From an uncultured Chloroflexia bacterium (GTDB lineage: Bacteria > Chloroflexota > Limnocylindria > Limnocylindrales > CSP1-4), in the NCBI GenBank assembly GCA_963813335.1, contig CAWEYL010000001.1, forward strand, positions 416,001 to 480,000: DNA of 64,000 nucleotides, given 5' to 3'. Positions 54,645-64,000 of the stretch are shown here, piece by piece. The notes under the pieces are model-generated. The model searched no databases. It had not been told where the DNA came from and saw only the letters and a list, made by a program, of their open reading frames with translations. A program made the translations under genes and the position numbers. Position 1 is the first letter of the stretch. The number at the start of each line of letters is the position of its first letter.

Positions 54645-56051
54645 ATGGACCCATCGGTCTCGGCGGAGCTCCTGGCCGCCCGCTCCCAGATGGCGTTCAC
54701 CCTCGGCTTCCACATCGTCCTCGCCTGCCTGGGTGTCGGGCTGCCGACGATCGTCCTGATCGCGAACGCCATCGGCCTTCGGCGCAGGGATCCGGCGGCG
54801 CTCCTGCTGGCGCGGCGATGGTCGACGGTGATGGCCGTGACCTTCGCCGTCGGTGCGGTGACTGGGACGGTGCTGTCGTTCGAGATGGGCTTGCTCTGGC
54901 CCGGCCTCATGGGCCGCTACGGCGGTGCCTTCGGCATCCCGTTCGCGGTCGAGGGGCTGTTCTTCTTCCTCGAGGCGATCTTCATCGCGATCTACATCTA
55001 CGGCTGGCGACGGCTCTCGCCGGGGCTCCACCTCCTGTCGGGCGTGCCGGTCGCGCTGGCGGGCATCGGCGGCACCTTCGCCGTCGTCGCGGCGAACAGC
55101 TGGATGAACACGCCGTCGGGCTTCGAGGTCGACGCCGCCGGCAAGGTCGTCGCGGTCGACCCGATCGGGGTCATCTTCAACCCGGCGACCTGGTACGAGG
55201 TCCCGCACATGTTCCTGGCCGCCTACATGGTCACGGGCTTCCTGCTCGCGTCCGTCTACGCTGTCGGGCTTCTCCGTGGGCGCACGGACCGGTACGTGCG
55301 CCTCGGGTTCGCGATCCCGTTCGTGATCGCGGCGATCGCGGCACCGGTCCAGGTCATGGTCGGCGACGTCGCCGCGCGCGGTGTGCTGGAGGATCAGCCC
55401 GCCAAGTTCGCCTCGATGGAGCTGATCGTCACGACCGGGCCCCATCAGCCCGAGATCATCGGCGGCGTCCTCGTCGACGGCCAGGTCGTCGGCGGCCTCG
55501 CCGTCCCGTCGCTCGCGTCACTCATCGCGGGCTTCTCACCCGACACCGTGATCACCGGGCTCGACGCGATCCCGGTCGACGAGCGTCCGCCGGCGACCAT
55601 CGTCCACCTCGCCTGGGATGCCATGGTCGGGACCGGGACCGCGCTGGTCGTCCTTGCCCTGTGGGGCCTGGTCAACCGGCTGCGCCGGCGCGACTACGCG
55701 ACAGCGCGCTGGTTCCTGCGGGCGTCGGCGCTCGCGGGGTTCGGGGCGATCCTCGCCCTCGAGGCTGGCTGGATCGTCACCGAGGTCGGGCGCCAGCCGT
55801 GGGTCGTGTACGGCTATCTCCGGACGGCCGACGCGGTCACGCACGCCTCGGGCGTCCGGATCACGTTCATCGGTGTCGTCGTCCTCTACTCGGCGCTCGG
55901 CGTCGCGACCCTGGTCGCCTTGTTCGCCCTCAAGCGGCGCTGGGCCGCCCAGGACGCGAGCGCCGACGGTGGCCGCGCGCTCGGCGGCCTGGGGCCTGAC
56001 GATCACATCCCGTATGGCCCGACCGAGCGCAGCGACGAGGGCCTCTCGTGA
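54645..56051 (+). CDS. cydA: Cytochrome bd ubiquinol oxidase subunit I
   Basis: GFHI, FAVGAVTG, ANSWMNTP, QPAKFASME, GWIVTEVGRQPW. Confidence 0.95.
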   Translation: MDPSVSAELLAARSQMAFTLGFHIVLACLGVGLPTIVLIANAIGLRRRDPAALLLARRWSTVMAVTFAVGAVTGTVLSFEMGLLWPGLMGRYGGAFGIPFAVEGLFFFLEAIFIAIYIYGWRRLSPGLHLLSGVPVALAGIGGTFAVVAANSWMNTPSGFEVDAAGKVVAVDPIGVIFNPATWYEVPHMFLAAYMVTGFLLASVYAVGLLRGRTDRYVRLGFAIPFVIAAIAAPVQVMVGDVAARGVLEDQPAKFASMELIVTTGPHQPEIIGGVLVDGQVVGGLAVPSLASLIAGFSPDTVITGLDAIPVDERPPATIVHLAWDAMVGTGTALVVLALWGLVNRLRRRDYATARWFLRASALAGFGAILALEAGWIVTEVGRQPWVVYGYLRTADAVTHASGVRITFIGVVVLYSALGVATLVALFALKRRWAAQDASADGGRALGGLGPDDHIPYGPTERSDEGLS

Positions 56052-57112
56052 CGGCCGTCCAGGCGACGGCGGTCGTCCTGTTGGCGGGCATCACGGCCTA
56101 CGCGGTGTTCGGCGGCGCCGACTTCGGGGCGGGCTTCTGGGACCTCGCCGCCGGCCGGGCGACCCCGGGGCTCAGGCCGCGCGCGCTGATCGCCGACGCG
56201 ATCGGCCCGGTCTGGGAAGCGAACCACACCTGGCTCATCTTCGACCTGGTGATCCTCTGGACGGCCTTCCCGCCGGCGTTCGCGGCGATCATGACGACCC
56301 TGTTCGTCCCGCTCTGCCTCGTGGCTTTCGGCATGGTCCTGCGCGGCGCGGCGTTCGCGTTCCGCCCGGTCGCGACGACGCTGCACGGCCGACAGGCGGC
56401 CGGGGCGGTATTTGCGATCTCGTCGGTGTTGACGCCATTCCTGCTCGGGACCGTGGCCGGCGCCATCGCCAGTGGTCGCGTCGTCGCCGCCGACGGGGCT
56501 GCCGTCGCGAGCGACCCGTGGACCACCTGGCTGAACCCGACCTCGGTGTTGCTGGGTGTGATGGCCGTCTCGGTCTGCGCCTACCTCGCGGCCGTCTTCC
56601 TCGTGGCCGATGCCCGGCGACGCTCGGACGACCACCTGGTGGGCTACTTCAGGCGTCGGGCGATCGCGGCAGCAGTGGTTGCCGGGGCCCTTGCCATCGG
56701 CGCCATCCCGGTGCTGGCCATCGATGCGCCGGTCCTCGCCGACGAGCTGACGACTCGGGGCTGGCCACTGGTCGTGGCGTCCGGACTGCTCGGGGCCGCG
56801 GCCCTCGCCCTGCTTTGGCGCGACCTGCCGCGCGGGACGCGCGCGTGTGCGGTCGGGGCGGTCGTCGCGGTGATCGCCGGCTGGGGCGTCGCCCAGTATC
56901 CGTACATCCTGCCGCCGACGATGACCTTCGCCGATGCAGCGGCACCGGCCGGTTCGCTCGACGCGCTGCTGGTCGTCTTCGTAGTCGCGGCGCTGGTCAT
57001 CGCACCGTCGCTTGGCCTGCTCTACGTCCTCGACCAGCGAGACCGGCTCAAGGCCCACGGAGTCGGAACCGACATCGACCGCGGACCGGTCAAGACGACG
57101 AAGTCAGCCTGA
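56048..57112 (+). CDS. cydB: Cytochrome bd oxidase subunit II
   Basis: GGADFGAG, IGPVWEANHTWLI, LRGAAFAFR, AQYPY. Confidence 0.94.
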   Translation: MTAVQATAVVLLAGITAYAVFGGADFGAGFWDLAAGRATPGLRPRALIADAIGPVWEANHTWLIFDLVILWTAFPPAFAAIMTTLFVPLCLVAFGMVLRGAAFAFRPVATTLHGRQAAGAVFAISSVLTPFLLGTVAGAIASGRVVAADGAAVASDPWTTWLNPTSVLLGVMAVSVCAYLAAVFLVADARRRSDDHLVGYFRRRAIAAAVVAGALAIGAIPVLAIDAPVLADELTTRGWPLVVASGLLGAAALALLWRDLPRGTRACAVGAVVAVIAGWGVAQYPYILPPTMTFADAAAPAGSLDALLVVFVVAALVIAPSLGLLYVLDQRDRLKAHGVGTDIDRGPVKTTKSA

Positions 57113-57214
57113 TCCATTCGGCAGGTCGGCGAGGAACGCCTGATCGACGTTCCGACGGTCAGCCCCGATCGCCTCCGCTGACGCGGCGGTCGCGGCTGGG
57201 TCCAGAATGGGGGC

Positions 57215-58081
57215 GTGCCACGCTTGCAGACGCGACGCTTCGCGACGCCCGACGAGGTGCGAACGTTCATCCACGGTCATGCCGACGTCATCAGGCTCGA
57301 TGAGACCGCCGTGGGGCGCGCCAGCTACGAGCCAGGATGGCGCTGGACGACGGACATGCCCGGGATCGCCGGCACGCCGACCTGCCAGCTGCACCACCTC
57401 GGCTATTCGATCTCCGGGGCCATGCATGTCGTGATGGCCGATGGGCAGGAGATGGACATCGAAGCCGAGTCGGTCTACGAGATCCCGGCGGGTCACGACG
57501 CATGGGTCGTGGGCGAAACGCCGTGGGTCACCGTGGAGTGGACGAGCGCTCGGACATTCGGGGTCGCCCCCGAGGGCCCCGGAGAACGCGTCCTGGCGAC
57601 GGTCCTCTTCACCGACATCGTGGACTCGACGGCGACCATGGAACGGATCGGCGACGCCGCGTGGCGGGACCTCCTGTCGACCCACAACCGGGTCCTGCGC
57701 GAGGAGCTGAATGCCTTCCGGGGGCGTGAGGTCTCCACGACCGGTGACGGGTTCCTGGCCGTCTTCGACGGCGCCACGCGTGCCGTTCGCTGCGGCGCCG
57801 CGATGGCTCGATCTGCTGACGCCATCGGCCTCGCGATCCGCGTCGGACTCCATACGGGCGAGGTCGAGTTCATGGGTCCCGACGCGCGAGGCGTCGCCAT
57901 CCACACCGCCGCACGGGTCATGTCGCTCGCCGGGCCTGGGCAAGTGCTGATCTCGTCGACGACGAAGGACCTGCTCGAAGGCTCTGGCCTGGTCCTCGAC
58001 GATGTCGGAGCCCACGCGTTGAAGGGCCTGGCTGGGGAGCGCCACCTCTTCAGGTTGGCCGGCCCCGATGGCGCCCGCTAG
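57215..58081 (+). CDS. Cupin plus class III nucleotide cyclase fusion
   Basis: CQLHHLGY..IPAGHDAWV cupin; LFTDIVDST, TGDGFLAVF, RVGLHTGE, HTAARV. Confidence 0.87.
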   Translation: MPRLQTRRFATPDEVRTFIHGHADVIRLDETAVGRASYEPGWRWTTDMPGIAGTPTCQLHHLGYSISGAMHVVMADGQEMDIEAESVYEIPAGHDAWVVGETPWVTVEWTSARTFGVAPEGPGERVLATVLFTDIVDSTATMERIGDAAWRDLLSTHNRVLREELNAFRGREVSTTGDGFLAVFDGATRAVRCGAAMARSADAIGLAIRVGLHTGEVEFMGPDARGVAIHTAARVMSLAGPGQVLISSTTKDLLEGSGLVLDDVGAHALKGLAGERHLFRLAGPDGAR

Positions 58082-58589
58082 CTTGAGCCACCTGACGATC
58101 CGACCCGCCTACAGCCGCTGGCCGCATTACAACGAGCGCCTGCGCGACCGGGTGGCCTCGATGACCGAGGAACAGCTGGCGACCCAGCCATCGCCGGAGC
58201 GCTGGCCGCTCTGGGCGACGATCGGCCATCTCGCCTGCCAGCGCGTGTTCGGGTTGTGCGACATCGCCGGTGAGCCCGGCGCCGAGACCACCCCGTTCAC
58301 GAACGCGTCGTACGACTGCCCGGGCGACGACGACCTCGAGCACGTACTGAGTGCCGAGGCCCTCGTCGAGGCGCTCGACTCGACGTTCCGCATCATCGAG
58401 GGAGCGCTCGACCGCTGGACCCCGGACATGCTCGCCGAGACGGTCCGCCACCGGGAATGGGGAGACGACGAGGCGCAGACCCGCGGCGAGGTCATCCAGC
58501 GCTCCTTCGCCCATGACGTCTGGCACATCGCCGAGCTCAACGAGACGCTGTCGCGCGCCGGGTTGCCGCTCATCGACATCTGGGACTGA
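58068..58589 (+). CDS. DinB superfamily protein
   Basis: TIGHLA...HDVWHIAEL His triad pattern. Confidence 0.82.
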   Translation: MAPASLSHLTIRPAYSRWPHYNERLRDRVASMTEEQLATQPSPERWPLWATIGHLACQRVFGLCDIAGEPGAETTPFTNASYDCPGDDDLEHVLSAEALVEALDSTFRIIEGALDRWTPDMLAETVRHREWGDDEAQTRGEVIQRSFAHDVWHIAELNETLSRAGLPLIDIWD

Positions 58590-58665
58590 GGATCTGTTCC
58601 GGGCGCGTCACGCCCCGGCCACCTGCCGCGTCTGAGGTTCGAACGCGGTCCTCCTCCCCGCGCAA

Positions 58666-58697
58666 GCGAAGCCCCCGGCCTCCCCCGGGGGCTTCGC
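58666..58697 (+). terminator. 13-bp GC-rich hairpin, possible terminator
   Basis: GCGAAGCCCCCGG-CCTCCC-CCGGGGGCTTCGC; no clear U tract. Confidence 0.55.
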
Positions 58698-58825
58698 GCT
58701 GGTCCGTGGGTTGCCGGGAGCGCGCAATCCGCGGTGGCCCGGTCTGCCGGGGTTCGGCCTAGGCCGCCAGCGCGCGGAACGCGACGATCGAGAGGCCTCG
58801 AATCTGCATCCGGAGTCTCCCGACG

Positions 58826-59167
58826 ATGGCCATCGCCGCACCCGCCCCCACCGATATCGGTCTGCTCGTCGCCCAGCAGGGCGCCGACGACGTCATCGAA
58901 AGCTACCGGGCGGGCACGCTCGGATCCGGCATGACGCGCGTCGTCGAGAACATGGTCAAGGTCTGTGACGCCACCGGCGCCGGGGCGCAGCAGGTCGCCG
59001 ACGACACCGTCCGCACCTGTCTCGAGCGCTGGAGCGACGCCACCGGGCACGGCGACGCCCACGCGGCCGCGCGCAACCTGATGCTGGCCTCCTGCACCCT
59101 GGCTGGATTCCGACTCCACTCCGAGGCGGCGTCGACCTCGAGCCGTCGCCGGCGCCTCAGCGCCTAG
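58826..59167 (+). CDS. Hypothetical protein (113 aa)
   Basis: GGAG SD, GC3-rich frame, converges on acnA. Confidence 0.6.
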   Translation: MAIAAPAPTDIGLLVAQQGADDVIESYRAGTLGSGMTRVVENMVKVCDATGAGAQQVADDTVRTCLERWSDATGHGDAHAAARNLMLASCTLAGFRLHSEAASTSSRRRRLSA

Positions 59168-59178
59168 CGCACCCGCCG

Positions 59179-62025
<2,847 letters not shown>

Positions 62026-62095
62026 CCTCACTGGCTCGTTACACTCGATGGGTGCAAGCGTACCGCGACCGTCCGACCATCGCGGCCGCCGGCCG

Positions 62096-63139
62096 ATGAG
62101 GGCGTGGCGCGAGCCGCCCGAGGACCCCGCGGCGACGGCGCACGCCGAGACCGAAGCCGCCCTCGAGGCGTCCGGCATCGACCTCGACCCCACTCCGCCG
62201 GGCGTTCACCGGCATGGTGACGACGTCCACGAGAGCGACCACCAGCACCCCCATCGGCACGCCGAGCCGGGCGAGCCGCCGGTCATCGGGATCATCGGCG
62301 CGGGCGCCGTCGGGACGGCCCTCGGCGTCGCGCTGAGCCGCGCCGGCTGGCCGGTCCAGGCCGTCGCCAGCCGCAGCGCCGCCAACCGCGAGCGGTTCCG
62401 CGCGACGGTCGACGGCGTCCGGGCCTTCGCCGAGCCGCAGGCGCTCCTCGACGACGTCGAGCTGATCATCGTGGCCGTCCCCGACGACGCGATCGCGCCG
62501 CTCGCGGGGACGATCCGGATGTACAGCGGCCAGGCCATGGTCCACACCAGCGGCGCGCTCGACGCGGACGTCCTCGCGCCGGCGCAGGCGGCCGGCACGC
62601 AGGTCGGCGCCTTCCATCCGCTGGTCGCCTTCGCCGACACGGAGCGGGCGGTCGCCGCGCTCCACGGCGCCACCGTGGCCATCGAGGCCGACGACCAGCT
62701 CGCCGCGCTCCTCGCCGACATGGCCGAGGCCATCGGCGCCCGGCCCGTCCGGCTGGCGCCGGGCTCGAAGGCGGCGTACCACGCCGCCGCGGTCCTGGCG
62801 GCGGGCGGCTTCGTCGCGCTGCTCGACGCGATCGCGACGCTCGGCCGGGTGGCCGGGCTGGACGAAGCCGGCTCGCTCGCCATCTACGGGCCGCTCATCG
62901 AGGGGACGCTGGGGAACGCGCGCGCCCTCGGGATCGCCGCGGCCCTGACCGGGCCGATCGCCCGGGGCGACCTCGGGACACTCGACGCCCACCTCGCGGC
63001 GCTCCGCGCCGACGCGCCCGGCGCCCTGCCGCTCTACCGGGCGCTCGCGGAGCGCGAGGTGGACCTGGCCCTCTCCCGTGGCACGCTGGCAACGGAGCAA
63101 GCCGCCGCCGTGCGGGCCGCTCTTGCAAGGCAGGACTGA
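62096..63139 (+). CDS. Rossmann-like plus DUF2520 oxidoreductase with His-rich N-terminus
   Basis: IGAGAVG, VPDDAI, HTSG, FHPL..F, YHAAA, LTGPIARGD. Confidence 0.88.
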   Translation: MRAWREPPEDPAATAHAETEAALEASGIDLDPTPPGVHRHGDDVHESDHQHPHRHAEPGEPPVIGIIGAGAVGTALGVALSRAGWPVQAVASRSAANRERFRATVDGVRAFAEPQALLDDVELIIVAVPDDAIAPLAGTIRMYSGQAMVHTSGALDADVLAPAQAAGTQVGAFHPLVAFADTERAVAALHGATVAIEADDQLAALLADMAEAIGARPVRLAPGSKAAYHAAAVLAAGGFVALLDAIATLGRVAGLDEAGSLAIYGPLIEGTLGNARALGIAAALTGPIARGDLGTLDAHLAALRADAPGALPLYRALAEREVDLALSRGTLATEQAAAVRAALARQD

Positions 63140-63150
63140 ACCGGTACTAT
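63123..63150 (+). promoter_or_regulatory. Sigma70 promoter for leaderless 63158 ORF
   Basis: TTGCAA-16bp-TACTAT, ATG 7 nt downstream. Confidence 0.6.
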
Positions 63151-63157
63151 GGGCTCG

Positions 63158-63478
63158 ATGGATCACAGCATCGCCGCCAAGTACGCGGCCCGGCCCGCGG
63201 CCCAGTTCGTCCGTGCCTCGGCCCGGGCGCGGGAGCGGCGGATGGGCCTCGTATCCGCGACCGCCTTCCGACCGGCCGTCACCACCGCGACCGTCCTGCG
63301 CCGCCCCGACGTGGCGCCGCTGACGAGCCTGCGCGGCCGCTGGCGCTCGATCCGCCCGGCCGGTCCGCGGCCGTCGAGCGGCCGCCCCCATCACGCGGTC
63401 GTCATGCACTGGACCCGCTCCGAGCGGTCCGCGGCGACCCGGCGTCCCAGCGCCGCCTCGGCGCCGTGGCGCGGCTGA
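63158..63478 (+). CDS. Small Arg-rich hypothetical protein
   Basis: Leaderless-type promoter; fills the gap and overlaps the NUDIX start. Confidence 0.55.
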   Translation: MDHSIAAKYAARPAAQFVRASARARERRMGLVSATAFRPAVTTATVLRRPDVAPLTSLRGRWRSIRPAGPRPSSGRPHHAVVMHWTRSERSAATRRPSAASAPWRG

Positions 63479-63936
63479 GGACCTCGACCGCCACTTCCGC
63501 CGGCGGGGTCGTCGTTCGTCACGAGGCTGGCCAGCCGTTCCTCGTCGTGGGCTGCCGCCGGCGCGAGCGCGACGGGCGCACGTGGACGCTCCCCAAGGGC
63601 ACGCCCAAGAGCGGTGAGACCACCGAGGAGACCGCGATCCGCGAGGTGACCGAGGAGACCGGCCTCAAGGTGCGGATCACCGGCCCGCTCGATTCGATCG
63701 AGTACTTCTTCGTCCAGTCGGGGACCCGGATCCACAAGACGGTCCACTATTTCATGATGGAGCCCACTGGTGGCGACCTCGCCGACCACGACCACGAGTT
63801 CGAGCAGGTCCGCTGGATCCCGTTCACGGACGCGCCCTCGGTGCTGACCTTCGAGACGGAGCGCGCGCTCGTCAGCCGGGCGGCGGAGGTCGTGGCCGGG
63901 TCCGCCCCCGACGGCGTCCCGGCGGACGCCTCGTGA
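63466..63936 (+). CDS. NUDIX hydrolase
   Basis: SAGGVV, LPKG...GET.EETAIREVTEETG Nudix box, KTVHYF. Confidence 0.93.
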   Translation: MARLRTSTATSAGGVVVRHEAGQPFLVVGCRRRERDGRTWTLPKGTPKSGETTEETAIREVTEETGLKVRITGPLDSIEYFFVQSGTRIHKTVHYFMMEPTGGDLADHDHEFEQVRWIPFTDAPSVLTFETERALVSRAAEVVAGSAPDGVPADAS

Positions 63937-64000
63937 CCGAGCCGGAGGCGCCCCGCCAGACCCCGCTCCAGGACCGCCACGTCGCGCTCGGGGCCCGGTT

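Noticed and set aside
54582-59170. Genomic island integrated at tRNA-Val
   Set aside because: No integrase and no duplicated tRNA 3' end; GGTTCGAA at ~58636 is too short to be an att site.
63933-64000. ORF starting at GTG 63933
   Set aside because: Too little sequence in the window to call.

Overview
Very GC-rich bacterial core chromosome. It is probably Chloroflexota (Limnocylindria-like), inferred from gene content and protein style, not from a search. Left to right: 3' part of dnaG, rpoD, tRNA-Asn, a Pro/Thr-stalked surface protein coupled to a TM-GAF-GGDEF-EAL protein, a GIDE-LemA operon, a HAD/PlsC/UbiA cluster and parAB with a DnaA-box cluster in its promoter. Next come propionyl-CoA carboxylase, methylmalonyl-CoA mutase and epimerase, sucCD, icd, a mycobacterial Sdh1-type succinate dehydrogenase, RNase HI, a META lipoprotein, RNase P RNA and a LysM protein. 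The right half holds a dcw cluster (mraZ to ftsZ, yggS, yggU; no murC or murE), tRNA-Val, cydAB, a cupin-cyclase, DinB, acnA, a DUF2520 reductase and a NUDIX hydrolase. No integrase, transposase or CRISPR array was seen. Many small frameshifts, concentrated at 28.2-32.1 kb, look like read/assembly errors. Best leads: the surface-protein/c-di-GMP enzyme pair, an unannotated ~225-nt rod-shaped RNA upstream of mraZ, DnaA boxes at both the parA and ftsZ promoters, several orphan small proteins, and widespread leaderless gene starts.
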